Source: Octopus vulgaris (Eukaryota). Taken from it: 64,000 nt of DNA. The DNA lies in assembly GCA_951406725.2 (NCBI GenBank), contig OX597825.1, positions 77,500,001-77,564,000 on the forward strand, in the 5' to 3' direction. Every line of letters begins with the position of its first letter. Positions within the stretch are counted from its first letter, which is position 1. Positions 41,011 through 55,998 of this stretch are shown here, in pieces. The notes below the pieces were generated by a model. The model searched no databases, was not told where the DNA came from, and saw only the letters and a list, made by a program, of their open reading frames with translations. Made by a program: the position numbers and the translations under genes.

Positions 41011-41166
41011 TAATGGTTTATGCGCTGTAAGAGAGTTTATTGTTGATATATGCAAAATTAAAATATAATAGAATAAAAGTGAGTGGGTATATATGAGTGA
41101 GTGGGTGTGAATTCAATGTATTTAATACAAGTATGGAGAAATCTGCAGTGTCTTTGAAACAAATCA

Positions 41167-41871
41167 AATGTAGAATCGAGCCTCTCCTTGCAAAATCCAT
41201 TAAAATAAAAAAACTTTTTTCGGATTCATACGTTTTAGATGTCGGAGATTAGGAATATGCAAAGAAGAAATTCCGCAGCGCCGTCTAGCCGAGCAGCTAC
41301 TCTGTGCTTATAATGAAACTGGATGGGGGTGCCGAGCTCCCATGTTCGAAAATATAAGAACACAGATATTGTGTCATATAACCAGTTGGAAACGACGTCT
41401 CCTGGGGCTAAACAACAGTAACATTCGTCCCATCCAGGACTGCCACATTATGTTGGCAAGTAGTCTTTACTTTAAAGTACTGTTTACTAAATATCTCTCT
41501 TTGAGAGACTTAAGAAAGTATAACGTTTCTACATATTAATGTTTGTTTCTCATAAAATGGTGTACTTTTAATTTACATTTAATTATTATTTATGATTATT
41601 TAAGGCAAACAAATAAAATGCAAATTCTTTTCACTTTAATGTTTTTGTCTGCATTTAATTTCGATTTGCATATGTTCGTCAATTCGCTACGATCTCTCGA
41701 AAGTAAACAAAATCAGAATTTTAAATCGTGGTGGGGGTGTTTGACATGGTGCTTTCTTTTGTTTTTTGCATATTCGTAAACTCCGACATCTAAAACGTTG
41801 GAAACCGAAAAGGATTTTTTTTTTAAAAAAGGTGCATTTTTCAAGGAGAGGTGCGATTCTTCATTAGCCCC
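41167..41871. mobile_element. MITE with imperfect TIRs of about 100 bp; right end CCCC|TTAA (Kolobok-like)
   Basis: AGAATCGAGCCTCTCCTTG...CGTTTTAGATGTCGGAG versus CTCCGACATCTAAAACG...CAAGGAGAGGTGCGATTCT; left outer end eroded. Confidence 0.72.
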
Positions 41872-42145
41872 TTAACAGCGTACTCACGATTTCAGTTGGA
41901 ACGTTAGACTTGAGGTTTTATTTGAGTTTATAAAGTGTATATATATATATTGTAGATTTGTTTCTCAAATTTCTCATCGATATAGAAAGATGTTTCTTTT
42001 TAACAGAATCCAAACTCTGTTTACGCACGCATATATTCGTAGATGTATGTATATGCATGTATGCTGTTATGTATACGCATTATATAAGTTTATATCTCCA
42101 TACGTATTCTTATATATAAGCATCCTTATCATTGCGCGCTATATA

Positions 42146-42149
<4 letters not shown>

Positions 42150-42181
<32 letters not shown>

Positions 42182-42414
42182 TGTATGTATGTATGTATGT
42201 ATATGTAGATAGATATATATAGATAGGTATACTTACATACTCATAATACATACATACATACATGCATACATGCATACATACATATATACATACATACATA
42301 TATACATACATACATGCACACATACATACATAAATACATACATAAATACATGCATACATAAATACATACATACATACATACATGCATGCATACATACATA
42401 CATACATACATACA

Positions 42415-42447
<33 letters not shown>

Positions 42448-42722
42448 GCATGCGTGCATATATACATACATACATAAATACATGCATACATACATACATA
42501 CATACATACATACGTACATACATACATGCATGCATGCATACATACATACACACATACATACATACATGCATACATAAATACAAACATACATACATACATG
42601 CATGCATACATACATACATACATACATATATGCATGCATGCATGCATGCATACATACATACATACATACATACATACATACATACATACATACATACATA
42701 CATACATACATACATACATGTA
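42150..42722. repeat. (ATGT)n followed by a long degenerate (TACA)n tract
   Basis: Direct inspection. Confidence 0.95.
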
Positions 42723-44124
42723 CACACGCATTTTCTATGTCTGCTGGATAAGACCTCTAAATGCACCCGGTAATGGGGTCTTGGTACGAGAGTTCCAGAT
42801 TGTTAAAATGTGTGGAACCACCTCGTAGCCACTATTGTTCCGAAGCCTACCCTGACTCGGAGCAGCAGCAGCTCTTAGTGACCCAAGTATAAATTTTAAA
42901 AAATGCGTACCACCCGCTTCAAATCCAGGATTTGTCTGCTCCGATAATCAGTGATAAATTGGTCAGCAAATCATCTACAATGGTCGAAAATCGATAGCAA
43001 GATCAGCTGCTAGGTTTCACACTATCCCAAACTATGGATGTGATCTGGAACCGTATAAGAGCTTATATTTCCACTGAAATTCCGATCATGAAAACTCAAC
43101 TGCGAACGGCGATTACGGCTACGATGTACGCCTGATCCGGCGCATTCGGTCTCCTGGTGAGATATTTGCCAAATTTGCAAGCTGGATTTTTGGTCTGCAG
43201 GTAGATGCATTATGTCGCCTGCTGAAATGTTTGAGCCAACCGTTGCATGTGGTCAGCATTCGTGAGGGATGTGGTCAACACACTGGTCACACCCGGCTCA
43301 ACCCGCCTCGGCTGAATGCCGCTGAAATTACAAGTAATTAAAAATGCCATAAACTTCTCTTTTACTCTTTTATTTGACTGTGGCCATGCTGGACCACCGC
43401 CATTTGACTGCGGCCATGCTGGAGCACCGCCTTTAGTCGAACTAATTTAACCCAGAACTTATTCTTTGTAAGCCTAGTACTTATTCTTTTCTTTATATTT
43501 TTTGCATCATATCTCGAATATTTGTCGACCTTTTGTAAATTCTGTTGTCTAGCTGTCGGTCTCTTATTCCCTTGGTTCCATTTGTGCTACATTACCTGTC
43601 TGATAGATTAGCTGTCTCTCGATTACGTTTTTCTTTCCCTATATTCATTTATGGAGAATGTCCCCTTATTGCGTCCTTATTTTGATCGATGTCACTTGTG
43701 TCTGTCTACTGGCGGAAGGCAAATGCAATACAATACAGGCAACACAGTCAGACATGCCCAAAAGCTAAGAACTTCAATTTGCGCTAAGAATTCTTTTACA
43801 AATTAATCGATTACGGATAACATCAAATCAGTAAGTTTTCTATCGATTTGTACCATAACTCTTCTTTCATGTAGAGTTCGAAGATGTATATAACGAAGAC
43901 ATCTTTGAACTTTAGTGTAAACCGTGCTTATTTCTCTTTGTTTTTAGGAGGGAACCGAGTCTCCCGGTGATAGCGGCAGACACCCTTTTGTTATTGCTAT
44001 ATGCTATAACGCCCGCTTTATTCACGGATCATCTTCTCAGAATTCTTTTCGAAGGTAAAATATATTGTTCTTTCGAAAATTTCCTCCCCCACATCCGCCT
44101 CCTCCTCATCATCTCGATGATAAT

Positions 44125-44325
44125 GCTTTCAAATTTTGGCACAAGGAGAGCAATATCAGGGGAGCGGTGAGTCGATTATATTATTCCCAGAATTCAACTT
44201 GTCCTTACGTCATCGACCCCAAAAGGGATGAAAAACAAAGTCTATCTCGGCAGAACTCAGAGCATAGAAACGGACGAAATGCCGCTAAGCATTTGTCTAG
44301 CGTGCTAATGATTCTACCAAACCAC
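44125..44325 (-). mobile_element. Diverged SINE B1
   Basis: GGCACAAGG...ATCGACCCC..GGATGAAA...GACGAAATGCCGCTAAGCATTT..GTGCTAA. Confidence 0.75.
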
Positions 44326-44823
44326 TGTCTTAGTAATAATAATGATGATGATGGTGATGATGATGATGGTGACGATGATGGTGACGATGATGGTGATGAT
44401 GATGGTGATGGTGAGGGTCATGATGATGGTGATGGTGATGGTGATGGTAGTGATGGTGGTGATGGTGGTGATGGTGATTGTGGTGGTGATGATCATGATG
44501 ATGATGATGATATTGGAAGTGTTAACATGTACATGTTTTGTCTTGGTATAAAGATGGGCTACAGTAAATATTCTGCTCAATACCACAGATTTGCTGTCAG
44601 TTATATAACCTTAACCAGTTGAGCATGTCCCTTCCTGGAAGACGATATGTGCATCTCTGATCATGAGAAGTGGGGAAGCATCATAGTCATGTGTTGAGAG
44701 GAACTCATTGGGGCTTGGATAATTCTCCTCTGGAAACATGGGTGTTTCGATCATCATCCTTAAAGAACTAATCCTTAAAGTACTGAGGTCGATCTAATTT
44801 CGGGCCTTGTGCCTAGAGTAGGA

Positions 44824-44878
<55 letters not shown>

Positions 44879-45689
44879 CATGCCCAAATATATTTACATA
44901 TATTTATATAGAAACGTATATATATATATGCTTAAATATATGCATACCTACAGTCATGCATGATGACTTTATATACCTGCATACATACAAAACGGACATG
45001 TATACATACATGCATACATGCATTCCTACAAACATGCATTTATGCATATGTTTATATTTCCTACATTCAGAACGTATATAATGTAGATAGTTCTCACAAA
45101 AATTATATTTGCTTCTAATTCCACCTGAAAAAAAATATTCCCAACTCAACTTCATGAAAGGTAAATATGCCATTTACCTCCAAGTTATATAACCATATCG
45201 CTTATTAATACAATTATGTAGTTTTCACGAAATGCTATCGTATAAGAAACACATCCTGGCAAATATTTGTCGGACTGGAAGAAATATAAAGCAGCGGTTA
45301 CTTCGGTATACCTTTAAAAACAAAAACCTTGACTTTCATCCAATTAACTACCACAGAACCAGACAGGTTGAATCCGTAAATTCGCTGCCAAAGCAAAATC
45401 CAGTATACAATTTAAATGCACTAAAACGAGAATATCGTTTTCTTCGATTTTCAGGAATACTTGAGTGTGTGCCAACACTTTCTTAAAGAGCATCTATCAG
45501 CTACGCAATCTAATTTAAAAACCATTTGTTTCCCATTTCCCAAAATATGCCTCCAGTTTATTGAAGGGTAAATATTCGTTACACGCTCCAGCCAATTGAA
45601 TTTTCGGAAAACTAGCCATCAATATACATTGTATATGGATATGTATTTATATATATATACGTGTGTGTGTGTGTGTGCGCGTGAGTGTG

Positions 45690-45743
<54 letters not shown>

Positions 45744-45899
45744 TATGGACACACATATGTTTGTGCATGTGCATGTCGACCGTCCGTCTTGGGAGACCGG
45801 GCAGATGTCCAGACTAATTGAGTTGTATTTTCCATAAATTTCTAATTAAGTGAATCAAGAGATAACAATAGATATAAAGGGTAGGATACTGTGAAATTG

Positions 45900-45957
<58 letters not shown>

Positions 45958-46042
45958 AGAGAGAGAGAGAGAAAGAGAGAGAGAGATGTATATATATGTA
46001 TATGATATGTATGCATATATATGTATATGTATATATAAACAC

Positions 46043-46080
<38 letters not shown>

Positions 46081-46137
46081 GTATATGTATATATGTGAGT
46101 GTATGTGTAGATATATATATGAATATATATGTATATA

Positions 46138-46175
<38 letters not shown>

Positions 46176-47124
46176 CATATATATGTATATTTATATATAT
46201 ATATATATGTGTATATATAGATGTATATATATGTATGTACGCGCGTGTGTGTGTATGTTTGTAAATGTGTCTATATAGACATATATGAACATCACATCTC
46301 GCTGGTCGTAGTAACAACGCCCGCACAAAAAGCGCGCTTTCTTTTTGTTTGTATCCACCACCCCACCTCACCCCCCGCTTTTCCTTTCCGAGCCGAATTC
46401 TTTTTCTTAATCATATCGCTACGACACGACGCTAATCCTAATCTATCGTGCAGGCGGCGCCATCTTGGATCTCTGCTCCGGTTTATTGTTTCCTTTCAAA
46501 AGTAACACTTTCAATATATATAACAAATGGCAATGTCGGTCATTGCTGAGCTAGACACTAAACACTGGACGCTAGGCTTTGCCACCGAAAATTAACGAAA
46601 CCCAATTATTGTACGTTGATGTATTTTGTCATGCGCCTTGTTTCCAATGACAACAAGGATGCGTCAAGCAATAGTTTAGCGTCCAATGAATATTTATTAA
46701 CGACTACTATTAACGGAGACCAGTCATAGACTATCTTATTTGTTTTTATGTCTTGTTATGTTGTTCTACTGTAGGTTTTTTTTTTACTCTTATTGTTATT
46801 CGCTATACAATAACAGTTGCGGCGTTTATTGTTGTAATTGGTTTTGTTGTTGTAATTGGTATTGTTGTTGTAATTGGTATTGTTGTTGATGATGTAGATG
46901 GCGGTGTGGCTGTCTCGGAGAGTGGAATGTTAGTAATATTGGCATTTTTTTTTGTTTTTTTTTGTTTTGTTTTTTTTGTCTTGTTTTTCATTGCACCTAA
47001 TTTGCATTTATATGTTGTTGATGATGTTCTTGCTTTTATTCTGAAAATAAGGGATAAGGAAATAAAAAAATTAAGCACACTCATTTCAGGCGTGCGACAC
47101 ATATATACATACATACATACAAAC

Positions 47125-47182
<58 letters not shown>

Positions 47183-47338
47183 ATGTATATATGTATGTAT
47201 ATATGTATGTATATGTATTAATGTATGTATATGTCTGTAGACAGATTAAAACAAACAATGATCCTTCTCATTGTAATTTACATATAAATATATAGATATA
47301 CACACACACATACACGCATACATACACGCACACATACA

Positions 47339-47394
<56 letters not shown>

Positions 47395-47940
47395 CACCCA
47401 TATACATATATTATGTCTTTTAATATACACATTATAAACATCCAAGCTACTTGCTGTGAAGACACGTTTCTAGGCTGTTTTTTTTTAGTACGCCTTGTGT
47501 CTCCAAGCAATCGTTGAGCACATGGTCTGTTTTATTTGGAAATCAGAACGCTGTTTCATTGTTACATGAGAAATAACACGAGAAAAAACGAGAAGGTTGA
47601 TGCAAATGTGGAAATGTGAATAAAAACGGTAAAACGAAAAGAATGTTACGTGTCATTTGACTGTAACAGCCGAAATTAAATTCGTTGTGGCAAAATAATT
47701 CAATGGAGAAGTGTCCAAACTTTGCGAGACGACTGATCAGTCAGGAGAGGGTAGTGTTCTCCTCCTGTTTGCCAAAAGGAATTTGTCCATAGCTTGCATT
47801 TGCTAAGTATTTCGGATCTGGAATTAAGTTGTGGAATTGTTAGATCTGAAAAGAATGTACGATCTTTCAACTGCCCATAAGTTACATTTTTATTCCCATT
47901 AATATATGGCATGATGTTCTCTACGCTTCGACCAGACAGA

Positions 47941-48595
47941 CAAACGTCCAATCAACATCATGGTGTTTGGGGTAATCACTATTGATGGCGATGTTATGCA
48001 TCCATTTATCTTCACATGCGGCCTCAGACTCAACACGAAGTGCCTCGAGGCACTCAACATATCAGACTCAACACATGGAGTGCCCGGTGAAGGTAGTGCT
48101 GTCCTGGGTCAAGAGGGTGGCTGCTGGAAGACCCTATATCTGGCAACAGGACTCTGCACCATGCCACACAAACAGGAGAACCTAGTCATGGCTGTCAGAC
48201 AATTTCTTCCACCACATCACCCCTAACATCTGACCACCTAACTCTCCAGACTGCAACTCCCATCATTATTATGCGTGGGGCGCATTTTAGCGAGAGACCA
48301 ACCAAACGTCTTGTATCATCAACGATGAACTCAAGGCAAGTGTTATGGTAGCATTCACCAACCTAAACAGAGGCCGTGGAGAAGAGTTGCAGGAGACTCC
48401 GAAGTCGACTTGACGTCGTGGTTGAAATCAACGGCGATTTAATTGAATAAATTTACTCTTTAGAATTTCAAGATATTTTTATGTAATTTCAAGATATTTT
48501 CCTGTGATTGCGGTAAATATATCTGTTAAAAAGGAGATGTCAATGTTACATTCATTTTTGCCTAATTTAAACGACAGTTAATTGACCGCATCCTG
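47941..48595 (+). pseudogene. Decayed Tc1/mariner DD37D (maT-like) transposase, 3' half with right end
   Basis: MVFGVITIDG...WVKRVAAGRPYIWQQDSAPCHTNRRT...PPNSPDCN...RSRLDVVVEINGDLIE*; about 37 residues between the QQD aspartate and the degenerate third position; ends CATCCTG. Confidence 0.9.
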
Positions 48596-48929
48596 TGTAT
48601 GTATATATATATATATGTATGTATTTATATATATCTATAAGTATACATACATACATACATACATACATACATACGTACATACGTACATACATACATACAT
48701 ACATACATACATACATACATACATACATACATACATACATACATACATACATACATACATACATACATACATACGTAGACACACACGCCTATACTTTTCT
48801 GCCGACGTGTCTCCGAGTGCTCGAAGATAGAGTGGATGGATGTATCGATACGCATGTATATATCTTTGTGTGTGTGTATCTCTCTCTCTATCTATCTATC
48901 TATCTATTTCCCTATATATATATATTTAT

Positions 48930-48980
<51 letters not shown>

Positions 48981-49717
48981 TAGATATATATGTATATGTA
49001 TGTATATATGTATATACGTATACGTATATACATATATGTATACATATATATATATGTATATATATGTATATATATTTGTGTGTATATACATATATATATA
49101 TATATTTCTACATATATATGTATGTATATCCGTATCTATATCTGTATGTATGCATGTATATAATAATACACCAAATTGCATAAATTTTCCGTTATAGGGG
49201 AGACCATGCAGTTTACTTCATACGATAAGAAGTTTTTCACAAATGCAATGGAGGAGAGAATATTATGAATATTGTAGATGGAATCAGGCAACAGCTTCAG
49301 CCATGAGACATGCTTGGGCGAGAGATTATATCATGCTTGCTCTCTGAAGCTCAACTTATAATTCTTGTAAGTCACAGTACGGAAAAATCTATCAATCTAC
49401 CTATCGGCCGTATTAATTGATGGCATTCTCTGGCTTTCTAGTTGATTTGACTGCAAGCACTAGCGGAAGGAAAAGGTTACAACACATCACCTTGTCCATT
49501 TGTTGCTCAGCTGTGAGACGGACAGTGTGTGTGTGTGTGTGTGTGTGTGTTTGTATTCATGTGTGTGTATATATGTCTATGCGTGTATGTATATATATAT
49601 ATATATATATACAGAGAAGGAGAGAATGACGTATATGTTTGTGTGTGTGAACATATATCTTATGTGTATATGTAGTTGAATAGATAAATAGACAGATACA
49701 TACAGAGACAGACAGAC

Positions 49718-49796
<79 letters not shown>

Positions 49797-49870
49797 AAGA
49801 TAGGTAGATGGATGGATGGATAGATGGATAGATGGATAGACAGATTTGATAGGTAGACAGACAGACAGAC

Positions 49871-49957
<87 letters not shown>

Positions 49958-49965
49958 CAGATAGA

Positions 49966-50443
49966 TATCTTTTTTATTATGGCCGCACAGGGCTAAATAC
50001 AGAAAATAGACGAAATACATCGTAGAGCTTTTCTTTTCGAGATGGGATGAGTGGGACACACAAAGAAAAAGTTCGATCACTAGGGATTAAAACTGTTGGG
50101 CTGTGTGGTGTACAAAAACAAGGAAAGAAACATATAAAGTTCCCCAAAAGTGGGGAATCGATATTGTTCACAGTTTAGGTGTAGCCTTGGAGAGAAAAAC
50201 CTACAAAGAAGACCACGGTCACCTCAGGCAGTTCAAAATGTACATAAGAGTAAGCACCTTTCCTCTCGTTTTCTCTTCTTGTTATAGATTTATGCATAAA
50301 ATGGTGTCGCCTTTCATACTTACCATTCTTGCCACATTTACCCATTTTTTATTGAAACTTTCATTGGACAACACTTTCCTCTCTATTCTCATCCTCCTTT
50401 TCAAGTGGTACTTGAAAAAGTTGACGAGAGACTAACCAGAGAG
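49966..50443 (-). mobile_element. 3' end of a Tx1/L1-type LINE (ORF2 C-terminus 50282-50443 + 3' UTR) abutting (GATA)n
   Basis: Minus frame LSG*SLVNFFKYHLKRRMRIERKVLSNESFNKKWVNVARMVSMKGDTILCINL*; terminal ~110 bp repeated at 50638-50750 and, diverged, at 59270-59390. Confidence 0.68.
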
Positions 50444-50777
50444 CAATGAGAGAGAGAAACGGACAATGGAGAATGAATGAGGGAGAGAGACAGACAGACA
50501 GATTGAGACACGTGACGGTGAAGGGGTCGGAAAAGAGGGATATATATATGTATGTATGTATGTGTGTATGTATATATATATATATATACATACACATACA
50601 CATGTACATGCATATATAGGGTATAGGTATATAGATAGATATCTTTTTATTATGGCCACACAGGGCTAAACACAGAAAATACACGAAATACAATGTAGAG
50701 CTTTTCTTTTCGAGGTGGGATGGGTGGGACACATAAAGAAAAAGTTCGAAGGGGAGCAAAAGAGGGATATATATATG

Positions 50778-50875
<98 letters not shown>

Positions 50876-51060
50876 CATACATATATATGCATATATATAT
50901 ATATATATATATATGCATTTACAGGGTATCCAAATACCATTAATTATACTCTACCGCTCTACGTGATTACATCTTCGAGTAATTTATATTAATTTGTATT
51001 ATTTATATATATAGGTATATATATATATGTATATATATATGCTATGTATGTATATATATA

Positions 51061-51093
<33 letters not shown>

Positions 51094-51204
51094 GCGCGCA
51101 TATACATGGTCTGCAAATTCCATTGATTATCCTCAACCGCTCTATGTGATTACTATTTCAATTAATTTATATTTCTAAAAGTGAGTTTGCAACGTGTAAT
51201 TATA

Positions 51205-51238
51205 AGATGACGAGCAAGTGCCCGAAACTATAGTCTCT
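51205..51238 (+). ncRNA. Degenerate hammerhead motif
   Basis: AGA-(C missing)UGACGA-GCAAGUGCCC-GAAA-CUAUAG-UC-UCU. Confidence 0.45.
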
Positions 51239-51564
51239 ACATTTCTTGCTACAATGAAGCATTTTCAACGCTTCTATGAATTGATTTTTTGACGATTAGA
51301 TTTTAAGGTGCAGTGAGTTGAGATACCGACGAGGATAACTTTGATTTTCATCGGTTCAGTATGGAGGAAGTGTGAAGGGGCAGGGGTGGATGCATTTTAT
51401 TCATCATTCGCGCTCTCACTTAATCATTCATTCAGCCGTACACTCATTCGCTTAGTCATTCAACCAGTCGTTCACCCGCTCAATCCCTCACCTATTCACT
51501 CACTTTCTCCCCCCACCTGCGTCTCTCTTTCTCGTTGAAAGAAATTGACCATATTCAGACCCGG

Positions 51565-51585
51565 AGAGAGGTAGGAAGGAAGGAA

Positions 51586-51651
<66 letters not shown>

Positions 51652-51677
51652 ATGGAAGGAAGGAAGGAAGGAAAGAA

Positions 51678-51710
<33 letters not shown>

Positions 51711-51740
51711 GAAGGAAGGAAGGAAGGAAGGAAGGAAGGA

Positions 51741-51820
<80 letters not shown>

Positions 51821-51918
51821 AGACAGAAAGAAAGAAAGAAAGGAAGGAAAGAAAGAAAGAAAGAAAGAAAGGAAGGAAAGAAGGAAAGAAGGAAGGAAGA
51901 AAGAAGGGAATGAAGAAA

Positions 51919-51952
<34 letters not shown>

Positions 51953-51969
51953 AAAAAGGAAAGAAGGAA

Positions 51970-52015
<46 letters not shown>

Positions 52016-52017
52016 AA

Positions 52018-52053
<36 letters not shown>

Positions 52054-52110
52054 CAGAAAAACAGAAAGAAAGGAAGAAAAAGAACGAAAAAAGAAAGAAA
52101 GAAAGAAAAA
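51565..52110. repeat. Near-pure polypurine (GAAA/GGAA)n tract of about 545 bp
   Basis: Direct inspection; explains the K/E/R-rich and F/L/S-rich ORFs. Confidence 0.95.
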
Positions 52111-52532
52111 TTGAATGAGTTGTCATTCCAGAAGTGAAGGTATTGGAATTCTTCGTGTGTTGGAATGTCGGGCGTGCGGTGGATTCTACGTTTCAATCCT
52201 GGATTTTGTCAGCAACAAGAAAACTATCCGTGATACTTTTGGTTACCAGCTGCGTCCCCGGCCTATATACTCAAAGACATTCCAGCTATGACTACTCTGT
52301 CTCTTTTTTTTATATCAATAATTTGAAGACGGTAACGTACCGTTTCAAGGATATTTAGTTTCTATTTCTTGCAGAACCAGCAAAGAGATTCCAAATTCAT
52401 TTGTTGGATTATTGGATTTCCTTGAAGACTGCCTCATCAATTTGAAGGACGCCTCGGTAAAGTAGGGGTTATTGCGTGCTGGTGAATGACCGCACCTTCC
52501 CCGGTTAGAAAGATACGATGCTTTAAATGTGA

Positions 52533-52576
<44 letters not shown>

Positions 52577-52586
52577 TGTGTGTGTA

Positions 52587-52638
<52 letters not shown>

Positions 52639-52875
52639 CCACGTTTTACAGATATGTGAACGGAGTTAGTTTTTTAAAGGAGAGAGGTAGCGTACCGTCA
52701 ATCGAACTGATCCGCATTCCATTTTACACTTTGTTTTGTCTTGCCTTACGTTGAGCTCTCAACTTGCGATTGTGACTGGAACACCGTGTCCAAGGGCATT
52801 TTAAAATTGGTTGAACCTAGGCACCTGCAGGACTGACACCAGCCGGTTTCTTTTGGAAGAGAAAGATAGTGGTAA

Positions 52876-52924
<49 letters not shown>

Positions 52925-53515
52925 AAAAGATTCGAATGCAGTAATGGTCTGATATATTCTTTAAGGATCCCAAAACGGGAAAAAAAACCCAGTTGCCCTC
53001 GGTAGGAACCCAAAGAGGCGGGCATAAAGTTCCAAGCAAAAAGCAAACCAATGTTGTAAAGACTGCACCACCTCATTTGCCTAAGGCACGTGTTAGTGTG
53101 TGTGTTGGCGGTAACACGGATTTGATACAGGTGTCAGAGCAATCTACTCCAACAAGGTTTTCACCTCTCCTCTCATCTCTCACTCTCTGTGTCTCGAGAT
53201 ATTCTTTCTCTAACCATTTGCACGCGCGCGCGTGTGTGTGTGTGTGTGTGTGTGTGCGTATATATGCATATATACATATATATACATACTTACACACATG
53301 CACATATACACATACGTATGCATGTTTCTCCATATCATTATGTAAAACGTATTTCGATTCTCTCAGAATATTCCTATCTTTGACTGCTTTAGTCACAAAA
53401 GTACTTTTAACATATGCACAGGTGTTTATATATTTATATATTCATTAGCCGTCAGTGCGTGTGTGTGTGTGTATCTATAAATATATACATATATACATAT
53501 TTACATATATATACA

Positions 53516-53630
<115 letters not shown>

Positions 53631-53847
53631 ATATATAAGTATGTATGTAGACATGAATGTATATTTTTATAAACATACGCTCAAACATATATTCACATAT
53701 TCACATATGATCAAAAAGGTTCCAAAGAGACCGATGCCAGTCTGTGTCACAAGACATGCATTCTTTGCCAAAAATCTATAAAAAGACAAGAGTGTTGTAC
53801 ATAAATACATGCATGTATACATATATACATGCATACATACATTCTTA

Positions 53848-53879
<32 letters not shown>

Positions 53880-53933
53880 GAGACATACACACACACACAC
53901 ACACACACATACATACGTACATATATATATATA

Positions 53934-53977
<44 letters not shown>

Positions 53978-55480
53978 GAGAGAGAGAGAGAGAGAGAGTT
54001 TCTATGTATCAACAAGCGAATCAGTAATTATATCACCAAGCATGAATTTTGGTTAGACAATCAAGATGTACTTTACCAAGTTTATGAGTTCGTCTTCCTT
54101 ATTCTTTAATAATATGTTTCTCGCGTTAAAGATAAAGGAAGCAAAAAAGAAAGAAAATCAAAAAAGGTTAGCGTTGAATTAAAGTTAACTGAACGCTTGA
54201 TAACATGTGTCGATTTCTTTTAGCGCTGTGTTGTTAAAATCGTGTAAATACTAGCATTCACTGTAAAAATCTATTAAGATGTGTCCGTAATTAAATTTAT
54301 AGCTTGACTAGAATGACATAAACAAGGGAGGTGTTGCAGTAAAGAATTGCGATCTCGTTGTAATTAGTTGCTGCTTAGAAGCTGTTGAACGGTTTTGGGT
54401 TTGTAATTAGCTGCAAGGAGTCGGTGGCATTTTCATGGTAATGTAGATCGTGGGGATGTGTAGTGGAGATATAATTTCGTTTTTTTTTTTTAAAATGGAA
54501 CTTGGGTGTTTGCTTTTATTTTTTCAGCTTTGATTTCTTGAAAGAGATTTCTCGTGAATTCCAAGCTTTATTTGTGTAATCAATATCGGTATGGCTTAAG
54601 GTTATGACTGCGAAGTTTTACATCGGACAGACGTCCATGACTTTGTTAAAGCGTCTGCCAATGCAGCTGTAGCGCGGAGACTTTATCTGTTTTATGATTA
54701 TGATACGCAAAATCAAATTTTTTAAGGTCAGAGCCAATAGAACAAAAATTCTCCAACTGGACTATGTCTTTTAAGCAAGACTTGGTATTCCAAAATTAAC
54801 AAGTCAATAAATGGTCCATTATTTCATTTACATCTTTCGAATGTTTCCCACCAAGGAGTCTTTGAAACCCTATATTCTAACTGCTCTGTTATATATAAAA
54901 ATAAATAAAATAAACGTGCCCTTTTAAAAACCTAGCCGAGCTCTGTTATTCGATAAGGTAAGGATCTGGTAACGTGTCATCTGAGGAACAGTCAACAGAC
55001 AGTGTAACTGCCCATCAGAAGACTCTGTCTCTCCTTTCGGGGTATAAGCAGAATCCAAAAATATGTTTGCATTTTAAATTTCCTCCCAGGGATTTTCTAA
55101 TATATAAATGTATTACTGCTTTTCTCATTTACGCTGCATTGTGTATAAAATAGATATTTTTAACTAATAAATGGGTATCAAAAGCCTAAATATACAATTA
55201 AGACTATCCACTAAAGAGCTACTCAACGTTAAGACTAATTTATCTTGTCACTGATTTATGCTGTTAATCGAAGGAAGGCAGCTACGTCTTCGTTGAGGAG
55301 AGGTGGACAAACTCTGAAACAGTCCACCAGGAGACTTTCTGCTTATCTTTCTGTAAAACTGGAATATCATAGAAAGAATATGCTTAGATTTGGATTTCAT
55401 CGATACCGTTGTTTTATAATTTTATACATACACATACACACATACACACATATATCATTATATACACATCTATAAACACG

Positions 55481-55537
<57 letters not shown>

Positions 55538-55595
55538 GCATATACATATAAACACACATATATATAATATAGTAAAAATTCATACACACACATGC

Positions 55596-55646
<51 letters not shown>

Positions 55647-55784
55647 CATATGTATATATATATATATACATGTGTGTATATAATTATACATCACTTCTCA
55701 TTACACTTAGAGTTTATTTAATTTCGTGGCCATGTCATTATTTATTAATCTATCAACAACAACACACCCATATAGCATGGCTCA

Positions 55785-55815
<31 letters not shown>

Positions 55816-55923
55816 ATGTGCGTGCGTATGCTTGTATTTGTATTCATATATGTATAAGCATATATATCTATTTACCATATATATATATATATATATTAAT
55901 TTACACACACGTATATATGTATT

Positions 55924-55998
<75 letters not shown>

